A stretch of DNA of 64,000 nucleotides from Octopus vulgaris (GCA_951406725.2 OX597839.1:16554001-16618000); one strand, 5' to 3'. Positions 24,138 to 38,159 are shown, numbered from the stretch's first letter. Translations and numbers: made by a program. The notes: generated from the sequence alone by a model not told the origin.

Positions 24138-24545
24138 TATGTCACGTGGAATTTTTGGTCCTCTAGTGTTGTCTTGGTTTATAAGCCAAATTTTGGTGTG
24201 AAAAATTCAACCCCTATGCCTGAAAATAAGGTACCATCATCATCATTTAACATCCATTTTCCATGCTGGGTTGGATGGTTTGACAGGAGCTGACCAGACG
24301 AATAGATGCCCAGGCTCCATGTCTGCTTCAGCACGATTTCTACAGCTGGATGCTCTTCCTAATGCCAACTGCTTTACAGAGAGTACTGGGTACAGCACCA
24401 GTACCTATGAACCCACAAGATTAGGGATGCTCAGCTGGAGAGGCTTGCAGGGGATGAGCCTGTATGCAAGGACACTGGTGCTTTTACTTAGCTTGATGTG
24501 TCTTTTCAAGCATAGCTAACTGCCAGAAAATATGTGTTAGTGAGA

Positions 24546-24546
<1 letters not shown>

Positions 24547-24594
<48 letters not shown>

Positions 24595-24656
24595 TACATA
24601 CATATATATACATACATACATACATACATACATACATACATACATACATACATACA

Positions 24657-24692
<36 letters not shown>

Positions 24693-24724
24693 CATACATA
24701 CATACATATATATATATATATATG
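24547..24724. repeat. Compound (TA)n/(TACA)n microsatellite, representative of dozens in the window
   Basis: Direct reading; such tracts produce the many YIYIYI/CVCVCV pseudo-ORFs. Confidence 0.95.
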
Positions 24725-26647
24725 AATATTTAAATGGATGAATGAATTATCCTTTGTTTACCGTTAACATGGAAAATTCATATACACATATACACACAAA
24801 GAGTGGCCATGTGGTAAGAAGCTTGCTTCCCAACCACAGGGTCCCACGTTCAGTCCCACTGTGTGGCACCTTGGGCAAGTGTCTTCTACCATAGCCTTGG
24901 GCCAACCAAAGCCTTGAAAGTGGATTTGGTAGATGGAAACTGAAAGAAGCCTGTCATGTGTGTGTGTGTGTGTAGTGTGTCTGTGTTTGTCCTCCCACCA
25001 TCACTTGACAACTGATATTGGTGTGTTTGTCTCAGTAACTTAGTGGTTCAGCAAAAGAGACCAATGGAATAAGTACTAGGCTTACAAAGAATAAGTCCTG
25101 GGATCGATTTGTTTGACTAAAGGCGGTGCCCCAGCATGGCCGCAGTCAAATGACTGAAACAAGTAAAAGAATAAAAAGAATATATATATCTGCATACACA
25201 CACAACAAGCTCCCATATGTACACAAGCATGGCTGAGTGATTACAAAGTTCATTTTACAACCCACTGTGTATTTGTTAACATTTGATCCTTTATGAAAAC
25301 CACAAACTACAAGCAGTGATTCTGTGGTCATTTCTCCTGTAACCAAATCATCTGCTGGCTTTGGAGCACTGAAACCATGTGAAATGAGGGGTACCATGAA
25401 AAGAAGGGTTAGCAGCAGGAAAAGCATCCAGCTACAAAATAATGGTTCAATAAAATATTCAGCTAACCCATGCTGTCATGGGGAAAATGGACAAAAATCA
25501 AACTAATAAACAAATAATATAATTAAATATATAGCAGTGTTTGAATACATACACACATGTAAGTGAGTGAATGTGTGTGTGTGAGTGTAAAGGAGAGAGG
25601 AGAGTACTAAATATATAAAATAGAGTATATATCATCATCATTGTTCAACATCCGTTTTCCATGCTGGCATGGGTTGGACAGTTTGACTGAGGTCTGGAGA
25701 GCCAGCAGCTGCACCAGGCTACAATCTGATCTGGCAATGTTTTTATAGCTGGATACCCTTCCTAACGCCAACCACTCCAAGAGTGTAGTGGGTGCTTTTT
25801 ATGTGTCACCGGCATGGGAGCCAGTCAGGGGGTACTGGCATTGGCCACATTTAGATGGTGCTTTTTATGTGCCACCGGCATGGGAGCCAGTCAGAGGACA
25901 ATGACCACAACTATGCTACTGGTTTTACTTGACTCAACAGGTCTTCTCAAGCATATCATCTCGCCTCCCGCATCAGGGATATTCTTAAACAGTAAATGTC
26001 TCAAACATCACTCAGAGTGTCATAGGCCTATACAGCTTTAAGTTTGCAGACAGAATAAATTCTACTTCTTCGTCCTATTTCATTTGGAAGCTTAGAAGTT
26101 AGGGTTAAAGACCATAAGGCACAGGCATGGCTGTGTGGTAAGAAGTTTGCTCCCCAACCATATGGTTCCAGGTTCAGCACCACGGCGTGACACTTTACAC
26201 AAGTTATATTCTACTAAAGTATAGGGTGACAAAAGCCTGTTGAGTGGATCTTGTAGATGGAAACTGAAAGAAAGCCATCGTATATGTGCACACGTGTACA
26301 TGTGTGTGCGTATTAACATTTGTGAGTGTGCATCTTTGTCTGTCTGCCACCACTGCTTGATTGTCAGTGTTGGTGTGCTTACGTCCCCATAACATGGCAG
26401 TTCAGCAATAGCTATAGAGAAAATATCTAACAGGCTTAAAAAAAAAAAACAGCAGAAAGTACTGGAGCCCATCGGTTCAACTAAAATTCCTCAAGGCAGT
26501 GCTTCAGCATGGCCACAATCTAATGACAAACAAGTAAAAGGTAAAAAGATACACATACACACACAGAGAGGTGTATGAGTGCAAATATATATTCTGTCTG
26601 TCTGTCTCTCTCTATTTATGTGTGTGTGTGTACACACCCTCTAATAT

Positions 26648-26684
<37 letters not shown>

Positions 26685-26949
26685 AGTATAAGTCTATTAC
26701 ACAGACAAAAAGAGGACACTCAGTACACAATTAACAAGCATGCACACGCAAGATTTTGAACAGATTTCCAGTTACTTCAAATTACATATTTGTTCAAAAC
26801 CACAACAATCGCTGAAGCGTAGATAAAGGAAGTTGGTGTCTAAGTTTCCTATTACACAAATACTTTCTGTATAAGACATGCCTTAAATGATTTTTTTATA
26901 GAAATATAATACGTTGTTACGCACACCCAAATATTTATATACATAGATA

Positions 26950-29900
26950 AAGTAATTGAGGTAATCAGAGTATGTGACAGAATACTTAAGATTAGATTAG
27001 TGCTTCATCATAGTTTAGCAACCATTATATCAGCCTATGCTCCTCAGTCGGGGCTACCCGATGGACAGAAAGACCGATTCTATGACACTCTACTGCAGAC
27101 TACCTCGTTGACGAACGACAGAGACCTTATCTTTGTGGCTGGTGACTTCAATGGTCACGTTGGACGACATGCTGGGGGCTTCCATGGCGTACATGGAGGC
27201 TATGGCTATGGCTCCCACAACGAGGAGGGAACCAGGCTGCTGGAGTTCTGCGATGCAAATAATCTTATGATTTGCAACACTAACTTCAGGAAACCTACCA
27301 GCCACCTAGTCACTTACCAATCGGGCCAACATACCAGCCAAATTGACTACATCCTTGCAAGGCAAAGGGAGAGATGGCTGCTTATAAATGCCAAAACCTT
27401 CCCAGGTGAAGAATGTACCCCACAACATAGACTGGTAGTTAGTGACTTTAGGATCAGGACTAGGAGGACAACCAGAAGACGACAAATATGGAGAAGAAGG
27501 ATCTGGAAGCTTAAAGATCCTGCAAATGGACAGAGATTTAGGGACATATTACTTGAAGCCTCTGACGAAGTAGAAGGGGATAGAGCATCACAGGGGGTAG
27601 AAGACAGCTGGACGTTTCTAAGGGACAACCTGCTGAGAGCCACTGACCAGATCTGTGGCTTGTGCAAAGTCCCCTCTCGACCTAGAATAACGTGGTGGTG
27701 GAACAATATTGTAGACAGGGCTATTAGAGAAAAGAGACAGGCTTGGAAGGTCTGGAAAAATGGGGGTAGCAGGGAATTGTATCAGACTGCCAAAAGAGAA
27801 GCTAGGAGACAGGTTTATTTAGCCAGAGGGGAAGCAGATAAGAAAAAATTTGCCAATGTTCTGCGCCGTGAGGACCAAAGACTGGAGGTGTTTCGTGTTG
27901 CAAGACAGTGTGTGAGAGAGAATCGTGATGTGGTAGGAGAGAAGTGTGTTCGCATGGAAGATGGTTCACTTGCGCTAAATGAGGATGCAAAGAGAGAGGT
28001 TTGGAGATGCCACTATGAAAGGTTGCTGAATGAAGAAAATGAATGGGATAAAGAGAGTCTGCCGAATGTTGACCCAACAGAGGGACCAGCTATCCGAGTT
28101 GATAGTTCCGTGGTAGCTAAGGCAATTAGAAGCATGAAGACAGGGAAAGCCCCAGGCCCATCAGGAATCACTGCAGAGATGCTCAAAATGTCTGGTAGTG
28201 TCGGCTATAGCCTAGTCACCCGTATAGTTAATCAGGTGATACACAAAGGGGTCATACCCAATGACTGGTGTAGCAGTATAATAGTCAACTGCTACAAAGG
28301 TAAAGGTGATGCCCTAGATACAAATAACTACGGAGGTATCAAGCTGTTGGATCAGGTGATGAAGGTTACGGAGAGGGTCATAGCCCAACTAATTAGAGAG
28401 AGAGTTAGTTTAGATGAGATGCAGCTTGGGTTTGTGCCAGGGAAAAGTACTACTGATGCTATATTCCTGGTAAGGCAGCTGCAGGAGAAATACCTAGCCA
28501 AAGATAAGCCCCTGTACCTGGCTTTTGTTGACATGGAGAAAGCCTTCGACAGGGTTCCCCGATCCCTTATCTGGTGGGCAATGAGGAAACTAGGGATAGA
28601 TGAATGGTTAGTGAGAGCTGTGCGGGCCATGTATAGGGACGCTGCTAGTAGGGTGAGGGTTGGAAATGAGTACAGTGAAGAATTCCGGGTAGAGGTAGGG
28701 GTCCACCAAGGCTCAGTACTCAGCCCCCTCCTATTTATCATAGTCCTCCAGGCAATAACGGAGGAATTCAAGACAGGATGCCCTTGGGAGCTCCTCTATG
28801 CTGATGACCTTGCTCTAATTGCTGAGTCGCTATCAGAACTGGAGGAGAAGTTTCAGGTGTGGAAACAAGGATTAGAATCGAAGGGCCTCAGAGTCAATCT
28901 AGCTAAAACCAAAGTCGTAATCAGTAGGAAGGTAAACAAATCACAAACACCTTCAGGTAGATGGCCCTGCTCGATCTGTAGAAAAGGTGTAGGTAGAAAC
29001 TCTATAAGATGCACCAAGTGTAAGCTATGGACACATAAGAGATGCAGCAATGTCAAAGGAAGGCTAACTAGGAAGATGGTTTTTGTATGTGGCAGATGCT
29101 CAGGAACAATAAACACTGAAAATGCTCTGAGACCAACTTCCGTCACTTTCCAGGGAGAAAAACTAGAAATAGTTGATAGTTTCCGTTACCTAGGTGACCA
29201 AGTCAGCAGCGGGGGCGGGTGTGCTGAAAGTGTAACTGCTAGAGTAAGAATAGCTTGGGCAAAGTTCAGAGAGCTCTTACCTCTGCTGGTGACAAAAGGC
29301 CTCTCGCACAGAGTGAAAGGCAGACTGTATGATGCGTGTGTACGAACAGCCATGCTACATGGCAGTGAAACATGGGCCGTGACTGCTGAGGATATGCGTA
29401 AGCTCGCTAGAAATGAAGCCAGTATGCTCCGATGGATGTGTAATGCCGGTACTCACACTCGGCAGAGTGTAAGTACCTTGAGAGAAAAGCTGGACCTAAG
29501 AAGCATCAGTTGTGGTGTGCAAGAGAGACGTTTGCGCTGGTATGGTCATGTGGCGAGAATGGATGAAGATAGTTGTGTGAAAAAGTGCCACACCCTAGCG
29601 GTTGAGGGAACCTGTGGAAGAGGCAGACCCAGGAAAACCTGGGACGAGGTGGTGAAGCACGACCTTCGAACTTTAGGTCTCACTGAGGAAATGACTAGAG
29701 ACCGAGACCTCTGGAAGTGTGCTGTGCGCGAGAAGACCCGGCAGGACAAGTGAGTCCATAACCCGTGGCCTTCTACATGGGATGGAGCCAGCCTACGTAT
29801 GCATACCTTCCCTTCTTGGGACACAAAACTCTACTTGTGAAGACGTGTTGAGGCAAGTGAGGATCAGAATCGAAATCGATCAATGGAAATTGCGGATGTG

Positions 29901-30315
29901 CTACCAGTGCCGGTGGCATGTCGAAACTCTGCTTGTGAAGACCCGTTGAGGCAAGTGAGGATCAGAATCGAAATCGATCAATGGAAATTGCAGATGTGTT
30001 ACCAGTGCCGGTGGCATGTAAGAGAACTTTCCGTTTCGCGACCGTTGCCAGCCTCGCCTGGCCCTCGTGCCGGTGGCACATAAAAAGCACCATCCGTTCG
30101 TGGCCGTTTGCCAGCTCTGTCTGGCACCAGTGCGGGTGGCACGTAAAAAGCACCCACTACACTCACGGAGTGGTTGGCGTTAGGAAGGGCATCCAGCCGT
30201 AGAAACACTGCCAGATTTGACTGGGCCTGATGAAGCCTTCTGGCTTCACAGACCCCAGTAGAACCGTCCAACCCATGCTAGCATGGAAAACGGACGCTAA
30301 ACGATGATGATGATG
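26950..30315 (+). mobile_element. RTE-clade LINE, 5'-truncated, antisense within a PPP1R7 intron
   Basis: Long EN-RT ORF, about 560-nt 3' UTR and (GAT)n tail; possible TSD/microhomology ATAGATA at 26943-26949 and 30316-30322. Confidence 0.93.
27000..29753 (+). CDS. LINE ORF: partial APE endonuclease, reverse transcriptase and PHD-type zinc finger
   Basis: 917 aa without stops; SAYAPQ, GDFNGHVG, SQIDYIL (endonuclease); KAPGPSG, FVDMEKAFD, GVHQGSVLSP, LLYADD (RT); the frame is open back to about 26946, so no native start is present. Confidence 0.93.
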   Translation: MLHHSLATIISAYAPQSGLPDGQKDRFYDTLLQTTSLTNDRDLIFVAGDFNGHVGRHAGGFHGVHGGYGYGSHNEEGTRLLEFCDANNLMICNTNFRKPTSHLVTYQSGQHTSQIDYILARQRERWLLINAKTFPGEECTPQHRLVVSDFRIRTRRTTRRRQIWRRRIWKLKDPANGQRFRDILLEASDEVEGDRASQGVEDSWTFLRDNLLRATDQICGLCKVPSRPRITWWWNNIVDRAIREKRQAWKVWKNGGSRELYQTAKREARRQVYLARGEADKKKFANVLRREDQRLEVFRVARQCVRENRDVVGEKCVRMEDGSLALNEDAKREVWRCHYERLLNEENEWDKESLPNVDPTEGPAIRVDSSVVAKAIRSMKTGKAPGPSGITAEMLKMSGSVGYSLVTRIVNQVIHKGVIPNDWCSSIIVNCYKGKGDALDTNNYGGIKLLDQVMKVTERVIAQLIRERVSLDEMQLGFVPGKSTTDAIFLVRQLQEKYLAKDKPLYLAFVDMEKAFDRVPRSLIWWAMRKLGIDEWLVRAVRAMYRDAASRVRVGNEYSEEFRVEVGVHQGSVLSPLLFIIVLQAITEEFKTGCPWELLYADDLALIAESLSELEEKFQVWKQGLESKGLRVNLAKTKVVISRKVNKSQTPSGRWPCSICRKGVGRNSIRCTKCKLWTHKRCSNVKGRLTRKMVFVCGRCSGTINTENALRPTSVTFQGEKLEIVDSFRYLGDQVSSGGGCAESVTARVRIAWAKFRELLPLLVTKGLSHRVKGRLYDACVRTAMLHGSETWAVTAEDMRKLARNEASMLRWMCNAGTHTRQSVSTLREKLDLRSISCGVQERRLRWYGHVARMDEDSCVKKCHTLAVEGTCGRGRPRKTWDEVVKHDLRTLGLTEEMTRDRDLWKCAVREKTRQDK

Positions 30316-31588
30316 ATAGATATATAAATGAATAAAAAATAAATACACCCTTTAAAAGCCTAACCAGGCACATGGGCCTGGTTTCCCGGTTTCAATGGCG
30401 TATGTGTTCCCCAGCTGGACGGGATGCCAGTCCATTGCAGCGTTACTCATTTTTGCCAGCTGAGTGGACTGGAGCAACGTGAAATTAAGTGTTTTGCTTA
30501 AGAACACAACTCATAGCCCGATCCAGGAATCAAAACCACAATCTTACGATCATGATGCTGACACCCTAACCTACACGCCTCCACAGATATATATATATAT
30601 ATATTTTTTATCTAGTTTCAGCTCACGAGCTGTGGCCATATCAATATATAAACATATCTATCTATCAGTCTGCTATAATAAATCCATAAACACATATAAA
30701 ACAGCCGAGGGTATATTTTATTTCCCTCTGAAGAAATAATTATGCTCAGGTCATATAAATTTAATATTTACTGAATATTAATTAAAACACTTGTAAGGGA
30801 TGATTAATTTGCTGTTAATAATAAACAATTAATAACTTCCCAATCTTCATTTTCTTTTTCTTCTTTTATATGAATATAAACTATATGTTTATATATATAT
30901 ACACCCATTATTTTAAAGAAATTCATTCCCCCAAAATACTAGGTACTGAACCAGTATTTCCTTCTATGAAAGTATCCCTTCATGAGGTTAACAAACCCCT
31001 AATCGAAGTATGTTTGTGCCCCCAACATCATTTGACAACCAATGTTGGTGTGTTTATGTCCTTGTAACCTAGTGGTTCAGCAAAAGAGCCCGAAGACCAA
31101 TAGAATAAGTACTAAGCTAACAAAGAATAAGTCCTGGGGTTGGTTTGCTTGACTAAAGGCGGTGCTCCAGCATGGCCGCAGTCAAACAACAAACAAGTAA
31201 AAGAATAAATGAACACACACACACACACACATATAGACACATACACACATATATATACATATACACTCACACACTTGTATATATAATTGGTTTTACAGAC
31301 GTATTTTCCCCATTCAAATCATTGATTTCATGATGCAATTCCTTTCATATATCTATGCCATAATAACAACGAAGGTGTGTCAGCTGTTAACTATTGAGTG
31401 CCTTTGAATGACAATGTCTTGTCTTCATAGGTGTGTCCTTTACAACGATTGGATAAATACACAGATTCCTATACACACCTAGACACACCCAACACATACA
31501 ATGCATTAAACATAATTTATTTTAAAATATTGTTAAATCATGACTACAAATGAACAAAATGTTTATTTTGTCATTGTTAACTATGACG

Positions 31589-31654
<66 letters not shown>

Positions 31655-31672
31655 CATACACATATATACATA

Positions 31673-32834
31673 CTAGCTGAAGGTGACCCGCTCTACGCGC
31701 GGGTAAGAGTGTGGTTGTTACTTTCTGTTGCTTCCTTTCAGCACGTAAAAAGCACCATCCAAACGTGGCCGATTGCAGCGCTGCCTTGACTTGCTTCTGT
31801 GCCGGTGGCACGTAAAAAGCACCAACCGATCGTTGCCGCAGCGAGCCCCCCTGGCAACTGTGCCGGCGGCACGAAAAAAGCACCCACTGGCATTAGGAAG
31901 GTCATTCACCTGTAGAAACACTGCCAGATCAGACTGGAGCCTGGAGCAGCCTCCTGGCTTCCCAGACCCCGGTCACACTGTCCAACCCGTGCTAGCACAG
32001 AAAACGGACGTTAAACGATGATGATGATGATGATTCTCCGTCTTTGCTTCTCTCTCACTTTCCCACTCTCTTACTTTTCTTTTCTCTCGGACTCTCCCTC
32101 GCTTTCTCTTACTCTCTATCTTTATCTATCTCTCTCCCACTTATAAACAACAGAAGATCTTGAGTAAGTTGAGAAATAAAATATTTAGAAAGATCAATCA
32201 TAAATATCAGGCAGTGGCAACGGAAAGGTCTGCTTCAAGGCAGACAGCAAAACGCTAACATTTAAAAGGGACAGACGAACTTGCGAGCTGAATAAAAATA
32301 ATAAAATATTGGAAACCAAAGTTTGACGGGATAGAATGTGAGGATAGTAGAGTCACCATGGCTGGCATTTTTAAACGATGGATAGCAACGTATTGACAGT
32401 TTAATGGCTGGCGTAAAATTTTGAACTTGATGTAAAAGAAAATTCATAAACACCAAGTTTTGAAGTGATTCTTTCTCACAACAGTAGACTCACCATGGCA
32501 AGCATTCAAAACTTCTTTATCATGGACGGCAACACATTGACGATTAAAAGGCTGGCGCAAATTTTTTAGCTTGATGTAACAGAGAATTCCTAAACACCCA
32601 CTCCTTGAAATTTTAATCCCCTTCCAGCCCCATTTAGACCCCTTTTCATATTTTGGTTAATATAACCCGATTTCATTCGGGTCTACTGGGGCCACATTTT
32701 ATAAGATGAGGAATTTTGTCCTAGAGGTGACGCCTTTCATTTGAGGAACAAAATAGTTGTCATGCAAACTTGCCAGCACTTTTAACATAGGTGTGCATAT
32801 TTTCAGCTGAATCGACCGACTACGTAATGCACAC

Positions 32835-32870
<36 letters not shown>
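31673..32870 (-). mobile_element. Non-autonomous Helitron (5' end runs into a TA tract) with a nested RTE-tail element at about 31740-32033
   Basis: Minus-strand 3' end: CTAG at 31673-31676 with hairpin ACCCGC-tctacgc-GCGGGT; a second Helitron-like 3' end lies at 32875-32878. Confidence 0.6.
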
Positions 32871-32875
<5 letters not shown>

Positions 32876-33852
32876 TAGCGGCATAGCCCGGCATTGCCCG
32901 TGTATGTAAGAGCCCCTAGTAGGCAACGACTAATCCCAATCTAGTTCTTTCCCTATAGGGAACGAAGGCGCATGTGTAGGTTGCAATGTCTTCTCTTCAC
33001 TCGAATACTTCTATGTATATATATATATATATATGAAAAGACAAGCTACTAGCGTCACAGCTCTTCAACCGCCCACTGATCTTACGCTTCCTCCTGTTTT
33101 GAATCTGACACTGCCTCAATCCGACTATCTCCTTCCAGTCCCCTCCCCGCCTCGTAATATCCTACGTTTTTATTTCTTACGAACCTGCACCAACCCTTCC
33201 TGCCATCGTTCCTCCTTACCCCCCAACCTTCCCCACCCCCACCCATTCCAAGTACCCCGGATCCCTGTTGCCCCCGTGCCGTGGGCACGTTAAAAGCTCG
33301 AACCGATCGTGACCGATGCCGGACCCCCCGGCCCCTGTGCAGGTGGCACGTAAAAAGCAAAATTGTCCTGTTAGAGGGCCCTGGTCAACCTGGGCAATGT
33401 GATGTGGGCCCCTCTGGTGAATTGCACTATCACTCTGTCAACTGTAGAAAATGGGATCATAAGGTTTTCTTTGATTTTACACTAAGTCCACCTTCAAATT
33501 GACCCAGAATGTGGCCTCCTTGAAATTCGGATAATTCCAAGTTCTTTTGTTCATGGCAGTCACATATAAAACCCAAAATATAAAAATGTCAATTAATAAA
33601 AAATATAAACCTTTTCAAGTTAAAATAGACATAAAACAACATTTTATGGGGTGTCTATCTACTACTGTCATGTGTGTGTTAACACCAATAGAGAAGATTT
33701 TTAGAAACAGTATAATAATTCAAAATATATTAGACTAAAAATGACATATTTACTTATTTAGCTAATATCAATAAAAGACTGATGTTTGGTATCAGCTAAA
33801 GAAATATTTAAGTTATGGAACAATCATATTTTACACTAATCTTATTTTATAA

Positions 33853-34792
33853 TCTCTATATATATAAACGGCAAAATGTCTGCGTGCGTGTCCTTTATAC
33901 AAATCCACAATTTTTCAGTTAGAAGGTTCGCACTTTCTATAGTCATTCAAAACCGTCCAAGGGTGGTCGTGCACATCTTTACATTTCCCCAGTCGCACCG
34001 CAAAGCCATTAAAAAATCAATAGAAGTGACTTTTTTGTGAATTTTCTATCCAAAACCCAATCAAAATGCCTGAAACTTGATACCCCAATTGAATGCCAGC
34101 TAGCTGTATGTGATTGGTCGGAGATTTGGACAGTACTCGCATTCTGCTACTTTCTCTTATCAATGCTTAAACCAATCCTCAAAAAAAAAAAGGAAACTGA
34201 GATCTGTTGCTACCTTTTGGTAGTATTCATTGGCGAGCCTACTTCAGTTGTCAATTGTTGAAAGAAAGAAATTTTAAGCTAAGAAGGTGTGTGTGTGTGT
34301 GTGTGTAGGAAGTGACCGATAAAAATATGGCAAGAAGTGGACAGATGTACATATATACATACATACATCCATACATACATACATACATACATGTGTGTGT
34401 GTGTTATCTTTCTCTATATAAAGCTGAAGTTGTCTCTGTGCGGCAGGTTTGGTAGCCTTCAACTAACACTATCTCCTCCGAGACCCTGCGGCGCAAGTTT
34501 ACCAAAATTGAGAGTATGATAGAAGGGTTGCTCTTCCTTCCGTAGAAGATAAAATTCAAAACGGACCATGTTAACACCAAAAATTATTTACATCTAAAAG
34601 GTGCTTTTTCTATGAAAATCCCTATTTTTTACGATTTTTTCATTGCTGTGTTGCCACTTTTCAGTGTATTTCAACCAGAAAAATGTTCACTTGAAGAGAA
34701 TAACAAGCTATATAATGCAAAATTTTTACTTTTCAAAAATTCCAATTCCAGCGGGTCGAAACAAACCTGAGCAACGCCAGGCGATACTGCTA

Positions 34793-34793
<1 letters not shown>
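33853..34793 (+). mobile_element. Non-autonomous Helitron
   Basis: A|TC start; first ~250 nt match 17460-17716; subterminal hairpin and CTAG|T end. Confidence 0.85.
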
Positions 34794-34846
<53 letters not shown>

Positions 34847-36204
34847 ATATATATATAATCATCCTCTTCATCATCGTTTAACATCTGTTTTCCATGTTAG
34901 CATGGGTTGGACAGTTTGACCGGGGTCTGGGAAGCCAGGAGGCTGCACCAGGCTCCAGTCTTATCTGGCAGTGTTTCTACAGCTAGGTGCCCTTCCTAAC
35001 GCCAACCACTACGTGAGTATAGTGGGTGCTTTTTACGTGCCCACCGGCACGGAAGCCAGACAGCTGCTCTGGCAGTGGTACTGCTTGGAGGGAGCTGTTA
35101 GCACACCATTGGCACAGGTGCCAGTCATCGGATTTGGTTCAATTTTGATTTCATTTGCCCCAACAGGTCTTTGCAAACACACATACACAAATACAATACA
35201 TATAAATATACAACAGCTTCCCATAGTTTACCTCTATCAAATTCACTCACAGGGTATTGGTCATCCTGGGACTATAGTAGAAGACACTCGCCTAAGATGC
35301 TGCAGCATGGGACTGAACCCCAAACCAAGTGGTTGCAAAGCAAGCATCTTAACCATGCTTTTCAAAGAAACCCTTTTCTTCATTTATTCAGTAACGAGCA
35401 TGACAATCAATGACAATCTATGGTCTTCACAGACATGGTCGTGTGTTTGCCAAGTAACTTGCAAGACAAGAAAGAACAAGGAAAGGGGGAATGGGAAAAG
35501 CCCTGTTGACTAAGTAGCAGGGAGAGTATTTAGAATGAAGGAGAAGTGGCTTTATTCAAGGGACAGGCAGAGTTGTGTTCCTATAGAGAAGTCGCAGACA
35601 ATACAAATCCTGCTACACGTAAGTCAAACTGATTTACTGAAGGTCATATACAATAAAGTTCTTAAATAACTGAAATTACCCTCATAGTTGGAGAAAGACA
35701 ACTAAAACCTAGCAGTGATCGCAGGCCCATTGCCAGACTTTGACCCCCCAACATCGCTTAACAACCGATGCTGGTGTGTTTACGTCCCCGTAGCTTGGCG
35801 GTTTGGCAAAAGAGACCAATAGAATAAGTACTAGGCGGTGCTTCAAAATATTCTGGATGGGCCCTAATTTGTAATAATGCTGAAGTGCACCATTGAATAA
35901 CGAGGGGGCCAGTGCTGTGCACCCACTTAGTGACAGGCAGGAGCAACTGTTAGTTGCTGTTAAAGAGGAGGGGAGGTAATTTCAAGAAATTAGAATTGTT
36001 CTCTTAAGAATGAATATAAATGACAGGTAAAGATATGTTTTGATCTATATTAGTGCTCATCAGCATAGTACAGCCTGCTCAGTCAACAGATAGAAAAAGA
36101 GTTATGAATTATTGCTTTGGTCAATCTAATTTGCATAATATATAAAATGTGCCAAGGAAAGTAACTCATCTAGGTTTGTGTATACAAATGAACATTTATA
36201 TAGT

Positions 36205-36750
36205 TACGTTAATTTTTTGGCTCAAAAAGCAAAAGCAAGGCCATGTAGGAGGACATGGAGTTATGTACAGGGTGGTGTTCATGCAAAGAATTCAGGCCAT
36301 TTGTGGTCAAGGGAGACTTTGAACAAAGCAGTCATCGGCATCTTCACTATCTCGTTCCGGCAGCTTGTTCCACAGATCTGCAACCCGGAGGGAGAAAGCC
36401 CCTCTCCTTCGATTGAGATGAAATCGTCGCAGATAGAGCTTTTCGGAGTGACCTCGCAACCGACGCTCTGGAGCAGGAGTGAAGAACAGCTCTTTCGAGA
36501 GGTTACACTTTCCGCTTATGATGTTGTGAGCGAGAATGAGATCAGCACGGCGGCGGCGGCGTTTTTCTAGAGAATAAAGGTCGAGCGTCTTCAGCCTTTC
36601 TTCATAAGACAAATGCTTGAGACCAAGAACCATGCGGGTAGCCAGCTTCTGGACTCTTTCAAGATGATGTATGTCTTTGAGGAGATAAGGAGAAGAGGCT
36701 ACTTCTTTAACCCCTTGCAGATGGGAAGCGGTACTGACCACATTGAAACA
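36205..36750 (-). mobile_element. CR1-clade LINE 3' fragment
   Basis: SPYLLKDIHHLERVQKLATRMVLGLKHLSYEERLKTLDLYSLEKRRRRRADLI. Confidence 0.85.
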
Positions 36751-38159
36751 GTGTGTGTGTGTGTGTGCGAGTAGTGTGATGCCCCGCTCTGTGTGGCACC
36801 ATGTTTTCAAATCTACCATACTGAGAAAAATCTGTAAATACACTGTAGAATTCCTTGTATGAAGAATTATGAAAGCACAGCTCAAACAATGCTTGGGCTG
36901 ATGGCAGTCCCTTGCATTTTCAATGCCTGAGCCTGCAAGTTATATTTCACTTGCTACAGAGGATGTCTTGGAAAACACAGTACCTGGTCATTTCTTGGCA
37001 AGTCATGATCTGCCTTAATCAAAAACATGCCACAGATTATGTAGTTAGTGAACGGCCTAATACCAGGACACAGCACAGATTGTCAGTGCTAAATCCGTCA
37101 GCAAGGGGTTAATTCATATCTTGCAATTTGTGAGTAACAAGAGTTGTTGGTCATAGGTATCCAAGGAACAAATTTCTGGTTCACAGCATTTATGATGATG
37201 ATAATGAGAAGAAAGTCTATGGAACTCAGGTGAAACAAACATTACAAGGTATTTCTGTTTGAAAGCAATAATCATTGTTTCGCTGCCATTTACATCATAC
37301 AGCATTGGCATGGATCAGACGGTTTGACCTGGGCTGGCAAGCTGGAAGGCTGCACCAGACACCAGTCTGATTTGCCTTGGTTTTCTACAGCTGGAGGCCC
37401 TTCCTAATGCCAACCACTCCAAGAGTGTAATGGGTGCTTTTACCTGCTTCCGGCACAGGTGCCATTCGCGTGACACTGGTATCTGCCACAACTGCAATTT
37501 TGCTCAGCTTGTTGATGGGTCTTCTCAAGCATGACATAATGCCAAAGGTTTCAGTCATTACCTCTGTGAGGCCCAACACTGGGAAAATAACACATACACA
37601 CTGAAGCCACAGGCATAATTATGTAGTTAGGAAGCTCACTTCTCAACCACATGGCTTTGTGTTCAGTCCCACTGCAGAGCATTATGGACAAATATCATCT
37701 ACTATAGCCCTGGGCTGAGCAAAGCTTTGATTGAATGCAGGAGGCAAAAAATGACGAAAATAAGAGAAAAAAAAGAAGTTCAATGAACGTGTGTGAGTGT
37801 GTATAAGTTTGTACCAGTGTGTTTGTTTGCATTAACAGTCTACAAAATGGGGTACCAAAGAATCCCTTCTGCTGTCAACAAATTGCCTGCTCACTTTGCA
37901 GCTTTGATAATCTGTAAAACTATTCCTAACACCAGGAATGGGAAATGAGGCATTTTAGGATGAAGACAGTGAAGTAGAACTGGTTGGCAGGTTTAATCCT
38001 CAGCTCAGTTTAACAACACTACATAGGCATAGGTGTGGCTCTATGGTAAGAAGTTTGCTTCCAAACCACATGGTTTCAGGTTCAGTCCCAATATGTGGAA
38101 ACTTGGGCACATGTCTTCTATAGCCCTGCACTGATCAATGGTATTCGTAGGTAGAAAAT

